Shown here in pieces: positions 13,306-27,371 of a stretch of 64,000 bases of DNA. Made by a program: the position numbers and the translations under genes. Location: the NCBI GenBank assembly GCA_951406725.2, contig OX597830.1, forward strand, positions 5,580,001-5,644,000, given 5' to 3'. Position 1 is the first letter of the stretch, and each line of letters starts with the position of its first letter. The DNA comes from Octopus vulgaris (Eukaryota). The notes under the pieces were generated by a model that worked only from the letters and a program-made list of their open reading frames with translations, was not told where the DNA came from and made no database searches.

Positions 13306-14324
13306 AACAAAAATAACAACCACAGCAATAACAGCAACAACTGTACAAGCATCGCCACCACCACCACCACCACCACCGCCTCCAACGCCACCACTACTAA
13401 CAACAACATCAACAACAACAGCAACAACAGCAATGACATTTGTAATCAATACAAAACAAAAGCAAATGCAATTTTCTGTTAATGATTATTGGTATTGAAG
13501 GCTGTATCACATTGTGCGCCAACTGCATTCCAGTCAATCGTTTAATATTGGAAATATCTTTTGAAACCGTAAATGGTTAAGTGGGTCAGCACCGAGAAGA
13601 TAGTCTTCAGATTATTACGGCGGAAGAGAAATCAGCTTCAGAGTCTATCACTCACTCTGTAGGTTATCGACCACGACCGGAAAAACAGAATTACATCGAG
13701 GAAGCAGGCTATCAGCTCACTACGCTAGCTGCACATTCAGTCTGCATTTCCTCGTAAACAGGTTTAAATAGGGTAACATTGTTTTTCTTTTTATTTTTCG
13801 ATGCTCCATCTAAACTGATTAAATTCTCTGCAACAGAGATCTGCAATCAATCTATAATGCTGTATCAATTAGAGGTTCCTTGTGTCTTTCTTTCAGAAAT
13901 AAATCGTTTCAGCTCTGATAATTTCGTTCTACATATTCATACTTGTGTGTTAAATAGGAAATGTTATGTTAATGGATGGCGATGGGAGGACAGAATCGGT
14001 AGAGCACCAGACGAAATGCCTTGCCGTATTGAAACAGGCTCTTTATATTTACAGTTGAAATACATCCCAGTCCTACCATATTTTCAACTTTGCACAGTCT
14101 ATAAAATATACTACCAATCAAAGACTATCACTTAAGCCCCCACCCCGTAAAGTTGTTCTTGTTGCTAAAAGGTTTTGATTTAGTAGAATCTTTAGGGCTT
14201 TGGACAAATTGTCGGGCAGTATTTCTCCCGGAGTTGATTAAGTATAGTACCAGTCACATTCTGAGGCTCATCTGTCAATTTTATGGCCTTGGTCACATAT
14301 TAAGAGAGCTAGAAAAATCGCATG

Positions 14325-14500
14325 TTTGGCGGCATTTCTTCTGTTTTGAATTTCTGGGTTCAAATTCTGCCGAGATCGACTTTGCCTTTCATGCTATTGG
14401 AATCGATAAAATAAGTAGTAGTTGAACCCTGGAGTCGATATAATCCACTTGTCCCCTCCCCCAGAGTTGCTGGCCTTGTGTCAAAATTTAAGACAAATAT
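14325..14500 (+). mobile_element. SINE family A
   Basis: gggttcaaattctgccgagatcgactttgcctttcat...ggccttgtg. Confidence 0.75.
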
Positions 14501-15672
14501 TTATGTCTCGCTGTAAAATCCTATTTAATTAATTGGTGTTGCTGATGACGAATAACTTCTTGTCTGTCGTGATAAAACTGGCCTACGACCAAAAGTTTTC
14601 CAGCCAGAATTATCCCACCTCTTTTTCTGTAACTTGCACTACATTGTCCAATATGTTTTCATTTATCAAGATTGAAGGCTTTGGTCTGAGGAAGATTTCG
14701 CTGCTATAACAAGTAAATCGAGTCATAAGGTAGAAACTTCCCGCTTATTTACCGTTTAACTGATAATTATCAAAGGTTATTTTTCAGCAACTTCGATGTT
14801 TCGCAGAGACAAGAAAATCCGTTCTGTCTTGCAATATTAACTCATTTTTTAAACTCTTGAGTATTTCATGAAAGTTGATGAAATTTGAATTCTGAAAATT
14901 GAATTACATAAAGGCAGACTTAAACCAAGGAGGGCTAAAACAAACAACTGTGCTTATAGGTGTTTGCTATGAAAGCTAGAAATGACAGTCAAATCATTCT
15001 GAAATTATAAACTATTGTTCTATATAAGGAAAGATCACATTCGACAATTAGACCAAGATATCGTTCACAGAGAGGATGGGTATAATTGGGATTCATTGCT
15101 TATAAACCTGCACAAAAAGACTAAGAAAATGGGTTAAACTACAATAAAAACAATAACAAAAACAACTACAACAACAACAGCAGCAACAAAAACTGTAACA
15201 ACAGCAACAGCAGCAATAGCGGTGAAGGGTTTTTCGAAAACTATTGAATTCCTTTACGTAAAACCAAACACCTTTTAGTTCGAGTGAATTATATTATTTT
15301 CAAAAATATTTTATTAGCCCATGAGGGACGAAAAGTCAAAAATGAGCTCGGTGTGGTTTGATCTCAGAAAGACTTTCCGTGTAAAAGATTTTGGAAGAGC
15401 TTCATTTGAAATTCCACCATTTCTGCTGCTAAATCGTGTTTTATGGAACTATAGACAAATTATATTGCATACGGTAGAGTGTTTCTTGAATACAAACACA
15501 GCTTTTAGTCTCTCAATTTTACACCTACACATACACAATTCTATCGTGAAACACTCACAAGCACATGATATCAAACATACACACGTGTGTATAATAAAAA
15601 GCCATATAAATATATATATATATGCATGTATATTTATATATATTATACATATATACCCTAAATATATATATC

Positions 15673-15704
<32 letters not shown>

Positions 15705-16110
15705 GTATGTATATATGTATATATATATATAAATATATGTATATATATATATATATGTATGTATGTATGTATCTATGCGTGTGTGTATGTATATATATGT
15801 ATATATATATACGTCTGTATACACATATACACATCTACATATATATATACATATGCTTATAAAAAGGGAAAGATATATGCTAATGTACGAAAATATGTGT
15901 GTGAGTATATATATGAATAAATAAATATATAAATATATATATATATGTATATACATATAATATTCATAAACACACATTATGAATCACATCAATATCCATA
16001 TATACGTCACGACAAACAAGCACGCACTTACGTATAACTATGGTTGTGACTGGCTATGTTCGCGTATGTGTATGCACACGTGTGTGAGAATGTAAGCCAT
16101 TGAATATATA

Positions 16111-16155
<45 letters not shown>

Positions 16156-16182
16156 CATATACATGCATAAATACATACACAC

Positions 16183-16235
<53 letters not shown>

Positions 16236-16864
16236 TGCACGTATGTGTATATAGTCAAAGCTGCATATGAATGCATATACATAAGATATTCGTAATAAGA
16301 GAAGCAACATCATGTATGTATGTATGTATGCATGTATGTATAATTATATATATACATAAATACTTATATATAGACAGACATATATATATATATGCAGTCA
16401 TACATTCTCGCACGCACTTGTTTTATGTCATGCGATAAATAAAATCAAAAAGAAAACCTCTAAATAGACATATTAGTATATGTCTATTGCATAAAAAAAT
16501 ATAAAATATATATAAAGAACAGAATTCCGATCGAGAAGAATTGATTAATCATAAATATTTAGATAAAATATCAGATATCTATTGGAGACACGAATAAATG
16601 TCAACTCCTCAGATGTCGAAATTGGGCATTCAAGCTCGCTTGCTAAATATTTATGAGAGAATATTTTCATGATTTTTCCTTAAACTTATTCAGCAATTGT
16701 TTCGTTCAGTTTTCAGCACAAACCTCACTTCAAATAGAAAACTATTTGAATAACGTATTAGTGAAGTCATAGAATATAACCATGTGAATCTATCATTATG
16801 TCTGTGTGTGTGTGCGTGTGACTGAGACGCAGTATGTGTGTGTGATTGAGAGTGCGTCTTTGGG

Positions 16865-17170
<306 letters not shown>

Positions 17171-17317
17171 TCTTTCTATTATATCTATTTATAGTTATTT
17201 ATATTTGTATATATTTATATTTATTTATAGATACATATAATTATGTTTATATTAATATTCATATAAAAACGTACCTATAAATATTGTACATACATATATA
17301 CATGCAACAGTCTTATG

Positions 17318-17369
<52 letters not shown>

Positions 17370-17486
17370 TGTGTTTTTACGCATAAGTAAACAAATATAT
17401 TTACACACATGCACATACATACACATATAGATATGTATGACTGCATTGTATCTCGGTACGTGTAATATATACATGCATACACATCC

Positions 17487-17543
<57 letters not shown>

Positions 17544-17915
17544 GTGCCTACCGATATCTAAACATACACATACATACATTAACACACATATTTTTCTATA
17601 ATAGTTGTCCACTTATATCTAAGGAAGACTACCGCTGACTGTTAAAAGAGTCTTGCATTCGACAATGATTCTTAAAAAGTCCACTTGCCTCCCAAATGTC
17701 TTTGCCAGACGCCAGAAACTATGCTGCATCAATACACATCATTGTGCAGATGTATATTCCAGTGTGTAGTGCTGTATATAACACTGATGTGTAGCTATTC
17801 ACTGATGTATAATTCGTCGCCTCTTTGCAAATCCTCCCTAGTATACTCCCGCTTTCACAAGTTTCTTCTTGACTGAACAGCATATATACATGTTTTTTGT
17901 ATGTATATATGTATA

Positions 17916-18006
<91 letters not shown>

Positions 18007-18073
18007 GTATTTATATATACATGTATGTGTGTGCGTGCGTGTATGCGTGTGTATATACATATGTTTATATACG

Positions 18074-19339
18074 TATCATGTTGCGACGAAAGTCTTGTCC
18101 GTACTTATTTAGTAAATATCAGTTTGATTTAAAGCTGTTTAACTACTTGAAATACGAGGAAATCATTAATATATAATTTTCTTTCAGTTTCTTTTAGCTT
18201 CTGCCAATTTTATCATAATTGAAGTTGTTGCTTTGGTCCAATGTTCACGCGAAGCACAGAACGTATTCGTCAAGTTATTGTTTATGAATTTCAAACACGG
18301 AATTATTGAAGTGCAGCTGAAAAATCAATCCAAAATATTTTATGATGACAGCAGAGTGACTGAAAACACATGTCGAAGATGGTTTTCTCAATTCAGAAAC
18401 GGATAATACATCCTTCAGGATGAAATAAGAGAAGGGTAGGCAAAAGGTTTGGGTCCTGATGCATTGGGACAAACCCGAGTGTTAATCTTCGGGAACTGAG
18501 CAAGGGTTTCAGCGTGAGCCACAGGACAGATCAACGTGGATTGAAAAGGTTTGGTAAAGTGTCAAAGGTTGGAAAATGGATTTGGATTATCTCTCAGGAG
18601 ACAATTGCAAACGGCGTGTTGACTGCTGTACATCCATGCGACCTTACCAGCTGCAAATGCATTTTTGGAATTCAAGTCATTCCTAGAGATGAAAAAGCGA
18701 ATAGGTTACTATTATGTTGAGAGAAAACTTCAGTGGCTCAGTTAGCGGTGAAGGTCATGCTCAGCTGTCCAGAAGTAGCCTTTATATGAGGAAGATACTT
18801 CTCGGTGTATGATGGGATATGCATGGAATAATTCAGCACGAACTGCTAGAAGACAATCGAAAAGCAACTTCCGGTTTATACTGCCAATCACTGACATATA
18901 TGAAAGCAGCTTTGCAGCAAAAATCATTCATCGATATCAAACTGAAAAGTAGTCAGCCTTCATCATGATAATGCTAGTGCTCACACTGCACAAAAGACCA
19001 AAAATCTTGGAGAAAAATATTCCAGGAAAATTATATATCGTCCACCATAGTTTCCGGGTCTTGCAGCCACAGGTTACAATCTCATTAAAAGTTTACAAAA
19101 TTATTTCAGTCGATTAGGAATTACTTCAACAGCAGAAGTTGAAAATGAGTTAATTCCGTGTTTCACTTCTAAATCTAAAGTATTTTGTGAACGAGGCATT
19201 AAAAATCTCCTTCTCAGATGGAAAGACGTCATGGAGAACAACGATGACTAGATTAGCGATTAAATAAATCAGATATTGCCTTTTTTTATTGCGTTATTGC
19301 GCCTTAAAAAACGGACATAACTCTCGTTGCAAATTGGTA
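18074..19339 (+). mobile_element. full-length, heavily decayed mariner element with TIRs and TA flanks
   Basis: TIRs are tatcatgttgcgacgaaagtcttgtccgt and (reverse complement) taccaatttgcaacgagagttatgtccgt. Transposase relics from the ATG at 18241: MFTRSTERIRQVIVYEF, TCRRWFSQF, LKRFGKVSKVGKWI, RDEK, LHHDNASAHT, RPP*FPGLAATGYNL. About 1.27 kb. Confidence 0.85.
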
Positions 19340-19351
19340 TAAAAGTGTGTT

Positions 19352-19399
<48 letters not shown>

Positions 19400-19545
19400 T
19401 ATATATATATATATGTGTGTATATATATATATACGTATATGTATATATATACACGTGTATATGTACATATAAATATGTGTGCGTGTGTATAAATACATAT
19501 ATATATGTATATATATATATATGTGTGTGTGTACGTGTGTGTGTA

Positions 19546-19577
<32 letters not shown>

Positions 19578-19640
19578 AATATATATGTGTATATGTGTAT
19601 ATATATATATAATATAAATTATATATATATATATACATAT

Positions 19641-20210
19641 ATGGGTACAGGACGCAACCAACTGTGTAAGCAACATGAAATACGAAAACAAATGAGTTAA
19701 ATATACAAACAACTAGAGAAAAATGGAAAACAGGACTAGTAAACAGAGAAAAACGGCCCTTCATCAGTTGTCGGTTTTCTATCTAATCCTCAATTCGAGC
19801 CATCAACGACAATATGAGTCTTCAAATACAGTTTGTCCCATAAATTCCAAAATAAAATTTAGGATTTATGGAGTGTCAAATGTGGGAACAAAAGCAGGAC
19901 AGTGGAGTCATACAAGGAAACCGAACGAAAACAAACATGGAGGGCCGTAGGACCAGAACGCGAGGAAAATAATGAACCCTGGGAGAAATATTTCCTTTGA
20001 AAAGAGAAAAGACTGAAGAGAAAGAAAACGTCCAGTCCTTTAAACGTCCCAGCAGGAAAAGAAAGATGGTAATATGAGGAAAAGAAAGATGGACGAAGGT
20101 CATATGTGAGCAACGATACAGAGAAAAAGAGAAAGAATAAAGGAGAAAGAGACAGATAGAAAACTGTGATAAAAGAAAATAAGACGAGAAGGGAGTAAAC
20201 AATTGCATTG
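19641..20210 (-). mobile_element. putative Penelope-like pseudo-LTR fragment
   Basis: Abuts (TA)n. Minus-strand acaaCTGATGAAGGG (19757-19767) is the 5' half of a hammerhead core; the GAAAC half was not found. Confidence 0.4.
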
Positions 20211-20538
20211 TGTAACAGATTTCTTTTTTTTTTTTTTGTCTTTGGCCAGTCAGTGTTATTTCCTATTTTCTTCTATCTTGAAATAAAAGGAATTGACTAC
20301 CATTCCCTTGGAACTTTGCTTTTGTGAACTGCACACCAATATTCTGAAACTGACTTATTTTCGATGATATTTCAGATAAATTCAGCGCTGAGTTGCTGAA
20401 GCAGATATATCGTTATAGCAAATACTCTGCTGAATAGTACAGGTTTCTTTGTCAGCTGCTTAACCTCAACCACTTAAATAGGTGAAGACAATGAACAGAA
20501 GTGTGGGACATCAAAATCATGTGTTGAGAGGGATTCTT

Positions 20539-21578
20539 TGGGGCTAAATCTGGTGAGTATGGAGAATGCGGTAAAGTTGTCCACCTGAATAAGGCGATTG
20601 TCTCCCTTGTCCTGATGCTTGTGTGCGGTCGAGCCTTGTCATGCAGAAGGAGGACATTGTTGATTGGCAAGTTGGGTCTTACTCGTCGGATTCTTGCTCT
20701 GAGCCTCGTCAGAGTCTTAATGTAGGCCTCAGAATTTTATTGTTTTTCCTTTTGGCAAGAAATTGACTAGAATGGCACCTTGAGCATCCCAAAAGACATT
20801 CGCCATGACTTTTGTAGCTGACGCTTGCGTCTTGAACTTTTTCGGTGTCGGTGACGTAGAGTGGCGCCATTCCATTGACTACCTCTTTGATTCCCGTTCA
20901 TAATGATGAACCCATGTTTCTTCACTTGTTACGAGCTATTGAAATAAGGTGTTGCTTCTTTGACTTTGCTTGAGAATTTCAGTGCAGGCATTGACCCTGT
21001 CAGTCTTGTGTTCGGTAGTCAGCTCTCTCGGTACCCAATGGCCACACACTTTTGAAAAGCCAAGTGATTCGACAATGTTGTAAGCACTTCCATGGCTCAC
21101 TTCAAGGTTTTCTGCCAATTCATCAAGAGTTATGCGCCTTCTCTGATCAGAACATCTGCTTTTGCTTTATTGGCAGGATTCATAGAAGCGGACGGACAGA
21201 CAGAACGGGGTTTATCTGTCGGCTACACTCACAATTCCCACCTTTTCATCTTTCAGACGACGGACCCACCTGCATACATTCCTATAATCTAAAGTATTGT
21301 CCCCAAAGACATTTTGTAATCGGCGGTGAGTGTTCACAGGGGTTTCCCCCTCAGCAACAAAAAATAATTCAATCACTGCTCTTTGATTTCGACGTAACTC
21401 TGCAGGGTTAGCCATTTTGAAATTTCGTTACCAGTCTAAAAACCTGAAAAGTAAAAAAACAAAATATTTCAGAACGTATGATATAACCATTTATAAACGG
21501 GAAAACTTTCAGTTATTTTTATCAAAAACTTGATACGAAATTAAAGAAAATGGCATTACTTTTTGACTCGAATATGCA
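20539..21578 (-). mobile_element. mariner element, 3'-truncated, frameshifted transposase
   Basis: ORFs give MANPAELRRNQRAVIELF...CRWVRRLK, SHGSAYNIVESLGFSKVCGHWVPRELT and LLLHDKARPHTS...LPHSPYSPDLAP. TIR-like gagtcaaaaagtaatgcc (minus strand) near 21552-21570. Confidence 0.92.
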
Positions 21579-21612
21579 TATCTATCTATCTATCTATGTC
21601 TCTCTCTGTCTG

Positions 21613-21687
<75 letters not shown>

Positions 21688-21739
21688 TAATATATTCCTA
21701 TAGATATGTAAGTACATACACATGCGCCTGTATGTTAAT

Positions 21740-21796
<57 letters not shown>

Positions 21797-21818
21797 AATA
21801 TATTCCTTGAATGCATAT

Positions 21819-21849
<31 letters not shown>

Positions 21850-21861
<12 letters not shown>

Positions 21862-22964
21862 TCAACTTGTGTGTCTGTGTGTGTATCTGTGTGTGTGTGT
21901 CTGTGTGGTTAACTTCCCGGCACATCTCCTCCTAGCCAACAAATCGTAGAACCACCAAAATTGGGTCACTTAAAGTTTAGGCGAATGAAAATTGAACTGC
22001 GCTATTTCTGTTCCGAAATTCATCTCGCGAATGCAAAAATCGATAATGTGTTTGTTTAGGCCTTATCCCATGCATTGAATAATGAACTATATTCAGTCAG
22101 CTGTTTGACGGGAACTGTGTTCCCCACGCGTGCAAGCATGCGTAAATTGCATGAAAAATAAAAAATCAAGATATAAAAACGAATCGCCGTAAACATTGTA
22201 GAAATTCGGCAAAGAAATGAATTTTCGGGATGTAGCCTGGAGGGTTCTTTTCGTATTAATCGTTTGGATTTTGTGAACACATACCAATTGTTTTCATAAC
22301 ATTTTTAACACTTTGAATTAAATGTGACCATTTTGCGTTGAGTCTGCAGTTTGAATCACTTTCACTAAATTTTAGCAGGCCGGATTTTTGATCATCACGA
22401 TACATCGCCAGCGACTCCCTGAAACTCTCCCCTGAAATCCCCGTTGAGAAATCTATATATATAAAACTCAACTTGTGTGTCTGTGTGTGTATCTGTGTGT
22501 GTATGTGTGTCTGTGTGTTTAACTTTCGGTTCTACCAAGTTTGATTATTAAGGATGGAATGTAGTGTGTAGCAAATCTCTATATATAAAGCTGAAGTTGT
22601 CTGTGTGTGGCAGGTTTGGTAGCCTTCAACTAACACTATCTCCTTCGAGACACTGCAGTGCAAGTTGACGAAAATTGAGAGTATGATAGACGAAGCCTTG
22701 CTCTTTATTCTGTAGAAGATAAAATTCAAATCGGTCCATGTTAACACCAAACATTATTTACATCAAAATGGTGCTTTTTATCTATGAAAATCCCTATTTT
22801 TTACGATTTTTGACTGCTGTGTCACCATTTTTCGGTGTATTTCAACTGGAAAAATGTTCACTTGAAGAGAATAACAAGTTGCATAATGCAAAATTTTTAC
22901 TTTTCAAAAATTCCAATTCTAGAGGGTCGAAACAAACCCAAGCAACACCGGGTGATACTGCTAG
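21850..22964 (+). mobile_element. composite non-autonomous Helitron-like element(s)
   Basis: Three Helitron-type 5' heads: about 21850 (inside TA), A|TCTATATATATAAAACTCAAC at 22452 and A|TCTCTATATATAAAG at 22576. One 3' end: cccaagcaacaccggg hairpin + CTAG|T at 22961-22965. Confidence 0.75.
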
Positions 22965-22981
22965 TATATATATAAATAGAT

Positions 22982-23255
22982 GTTAGGGCAGCGGTCTCGC
23001 GATCGTAGGATCGCGGTTTCGATTCCCAGACCGGGCGTTGTGAGTGTTTATTGAGCGAAAACACCTAAAAAGCTCCACGAGGCTCCGGCAGGAGGTGGCG
23101 ATCCCTGCTGTACTCTTTCACCACTCTTTCCTCTGTTGGCCTGCTCGCTTAGCCAGCGGGGTGGCGTCATCTGAAGGCTAAAACAATGCGAACGCATCGT
23201 GACCAGCAATGTGTAACAACATTTGATGGTCTGGTCGGTCACGTGATCACGTGAT
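22982..23255 (+). mobile_element. tRNA-derived SINE family B, 5'-truncated
   Basis: B box ggtttcgattccc; close match to the copy at 25278; 3' end ggtcggtcacgtgatcacgtgat. Confidence 0.85.
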
Positions 23256-23258
23256 ATA

Positions 23259-23326
<68 letters not shown>

Positions 23327-23328
23327 TC

Positions 23329-23367
<39 letters not shown>

Positions 23368-23855
23368 GAGAGGCACTCCCATGTATTTATGTATTCATGT
23401 ATATTTACATATATATATATGTTTATAGATTTGTATCAGAACGATCTAAATGCGTAAAACCCGTCTGAAATAAACGCCAGACTAAAGTGGACAAGACGCA
23501 CGCAGTGATCCACATCTCAAACAATGGTTTTCGACCATTGAATAAAAAACCAGAAATCATTTGATTTGCATGTTAACAATGCAGAATCCATTATAGATGT
23601 TGAATTCAACGGGGGAAACTTCATTGCTTAATCCCATTAGTTTGGCTGTTAAGACGCTACACAGCAATTCCCAATTGTTAACGGATCGTAAATTGTTTGT
23701 TTAAAAACATGACAAATTTAGATTAAATTAGTGTTCAAAAACCGTATGACTTGAGTTATATAAATTATACAAAGCATATTACCCTTATACGCAGATGCGA
23801 TTATATTATATATGTTTCTCTCTGTACACACACACACACACACACACACATACAC

Positions 23856-23929
<74 letters not shown>

Positions 23930-24009
23930 TTCCTGAGCGTCCAATAATACTATATTTGTTCCACGTCCTCGCGTTGTTGTGTTTTTTGTGCTTTCTTGTA
24001 TGGATTAAC

Positions 24010-24010
<1 letters not shown>
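23930..24010 (+). repeat. diverged direct copy of 24821-24908 embedded in (TA)n
   Basis: ttcctgagcgtccaataatac...tggattaactata vs ttcctgagcgtctgataatac...tggattcattata. Confidence 0.75.
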
Positions 24011-24042
<32 letters not shown>

Positions 24043-24136
24043 GTATATATTTGATTATCTATTTATATATATGTTGATATATAAGTATGCATGTGTGTGT
24101 ATATAAAATCATGTATATGTATATGTGTGTGTGTAT

Positions 24137-24175
<39 letters not shown>

Positions 24176-24769
24176 CTGATATATGTGTGTATACACACAC
24201 ACATATATACATATCTTTCCATCTTCTAACTGCCTATATATTCCTATATGTGTGTGTATGAACGTATGCATGTATGTGTGTATATATGTATGTATATACG
24301 TAACTACGCAACTTCCGTTTCCCGACCAGTGTCGAATGAACTACAAATCACCAGATAATTGTAACTCATTATAAATAAATAAATATATAAACAATGTCCG
24401 TAAAAACTCTCGACAAATTGCATCACGAGAACAGTCTTTTGTCGCGATCTCTGTCGCCATTTCAGATACCCGTATCTTCCCATTTTTCTTTCTGAATTAT
24501 CGAAAGGCACATCATTAACAGTTCGAATTTAATCCTATTTGTATCACGCAAATAAAAGTGGTTGATTCTTGAACTTGCACTATTTACTCATCTCTAAACC
24601 CCGAAGGAATATCAGAGAAAGTTCCACTTGGTACATTTTGAAAATGACATTTATTATCAAATTACTATATTAAAGTGAATTTCATAAAATGTCCCAGTTC
24701 TTCACTTGTTAGTTGTTCGGGTGGCATTTTGAAAGATATGCCTTTGCGCGTTCGGTAAGTTTTGAAGCT

Positions 24770-24808
24770 CTATTTCTGAGGAAGAGCTTCGCTCGAAACG
24801 TTAATTCC
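24770..24808 (+). ncRNA. minimal hammerhead-ribozyme-like motif (Penelope-type)
   Basis: CTGAGGA-A-GAGC-ttc-GCTC-GAAAC-GTTA: conserved core, 4-bp stem II, palindromic AACGTT stem III; stem I is weak. Confidence 0.6.
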
Positions 24809-25152
24809 TCTTTCCTCCCTTTCCTGAGCGTCTGATAATACAGTACTTGTACCACATTCTCGCATTATTGTCTTTTCTTGTTTGTTCTTCTTTGTTTGGA
24901 TTCATTATACATATGTATATGTGTGTGTGTGTGTGTGTTTGTTTGTGTGTGTATTACGGTGACACAAATTTTCACGTTCCCGTTTGTCAAGACTGCAATA
25001 AAATTGTGATGGTTCATGTAATATGTGATTTCATATATTACACGTACCTTCACAATTTTATTCCAGTCTTAAACAAATCTGTTAAACGAACGGGTACGTG
25101 AAACTCAGAGTCACAGTTTTTGTAATGTTTTTGCAACTTTGATAATAAAAGG

Positions 25153-25274
<122 letters not shown>

Positions 25275-25277
25275 TGT

Positions 25278-25517
25278 GGAGGCGCAATGGCCCAGTGGTT
25301 AGGGCGGCGGACTCGCGGTCGTAGGATTACGGTTTCGATTCCCAGACCGGGCGTTGTGAGTGTTTATTGAGCGAAAACACCTAAAGCTCCACGAGTCTCC
25401 GGCAGGGGGTGGTGGCGATCCCTGCTATACTCTTTCGCCACAACTTTCTCTCACTCTTTCTTCTGTTGGCCTGCTCGCTTAGCCAGCGGGGTGGCGTCAT
25501 TTGAAGGCTAAAACAAT
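25278..25517 (+). mobile_element. tRNA-derived SINE family B
   Basis: Head ggaggcgcaaTGGCCCAGTGGttaggg (A box)...GGTTTCGATTCCC (B box); body shared with the 22982 copy. Confidence 0.88.
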
Positions 25518-25804
25518 AACAACAACAATATATATGTACATATATACATATACATATATATGCATATATATATGTACATATATATGCATGTATATACATA
25601 TATTCATATATGTACATATATATGTATATATATATACATACCCCCACACACATATATATATATATATGTGTGTGTGTAGATGGATACCTACTTTTAAATG
25701 CATATATATATATATTTGTTAGTATGTATATGGGTATATGTATATATATATATATATATATATTTATTCATACGTAAACACGCTCACACACAAAATCACA
25801 TACG

Positions 25805-25840
<36 letters not shown>

Positions 25841-26159
25841 GACGCACACGTGTATATAAGTTTATCGCTACTGAACTTCTAGTGAACATTGTGAACCAGT
25901 TTCGATCGTGGTTGAAACATTTCCGGTTCTTGTTCTTCGCCCATAAATTTTAAAGCGAATATTTATCCCAACCCCTTTTTTTCTTTTCCCTGTAGGCAAT
26001 GAACCTGCATAAAACTTCAGCCGACACCACTCATAAATCATACTGTGGCCCTTCTTGAAAAGAGTACAGTCTGAAATATACCCTGTCTGTGCAGGAAAAC
26101 AACAGCATCATCATTATTTAGAGCAATAAGAAACTTTATCTTTGTCATGTATATTTCTC

Positions 26160-26390
26160 ATTGAAATGGTTTCTAATTTAGACACAAAGTCCGAAGGTTG
26201 GGGAGGTAGGGTTGCGTGGAGGGTTGTCAATACCATCGATCCTAGTACTTGAGTGGTTATATATGTTTCGACTTCGGAATGTTGAACGTTGGCTGCGGCT
26301 GGTTTTGAACTCAAAACCTGAAAATCCGGAACAAACACATCAAAATATTTTTTTTCCGATACGCTAAAGTTTTAGCCAACACTTCAGCGT
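26160..26390 (-). mobile_element. SINE family A, diverged
   Basis: ggtttctaatttagacacaaag...catcgatcctagtact...tttgaactcaaaac. Confidence 0.55.
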
Positions 26391-27321
26391 TGGTAAAATA
26401 ATTATCAGAGATATTTTACGGTATATTCCATTGATTATGTTTTCTTACTTCATTTGAAACTGTGACCTTGCCGTTTGGAATCAATTCAATAAAAGATTGG
26501 TTGTTCTACGAACCTGAACTAAACATAGAGGGTGATAGAGTCAGCAAAATGAAGTAACTGCAACTATATAAACATTTGCTGAGGAGACACTTACCATAAA
26601 TAATAATAAAAAAAACCTACCCCCACCCTATTGTCGTGTTCATAATTTTTAAACGTAAAATAATTTGTTATGTTTTACACGTGAAATTTATAAAAAGAAA
26701 ATAAAACCCTCTAGACTTATATCAAAAAGTGGGGAAAACATAGTAGAATAATAATAAAATGATAAAATTAAGTGATAGAACGAGGGGAATTTTTCGAAAT
26801 TGGAATAAAATAAAAAGGAAACAATGAGAAAATAAACAAGTTTTAAAGGATCCATGATTTATGTTTTAGTAGAATTTAATTTGCATTTAAAGTCAGAGAA
26901 TGTTAAAGGAAGCTGAAGAAAGACATCTAAATTAATTAGATGTAAAAAAGGCGAAAAGAAAAATAATAAAAGGACAAATAAAAAAAAAGGTATCGCGAGC
27001 AAATGTGCTGAAAATTGTCTTCGAGAAAACTAAATGGGAATCATTATTATAGGAAGAATAACATTTTTAAAAAACAAGACAAATAAATGTTGCAAATATA
27101 GTAACAAAATACAATAACAAATAAAAAATAAAAAATAAAATGGAGGCGGATAAAATTACACGCACGCACATATATACACGCTGGTTTACAAATATACATA
27201 TGTATTCGGATATATACACTCATTCAGACATAAAAACCCAGATATACACGCATACATATAACCACACATTTACATGCATTTATATACACACATATCACAT
27301 ACAAACATTTATGTATATATG

Positions 27322-27371
<50 letters not shown>

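Noticed and set aside
25278-25350. tRNA gene
   Set aside because: A and B boxes are present, but the sequence continues into a body shared with another copy and has no proper acceptor stem; it is a SINE head.
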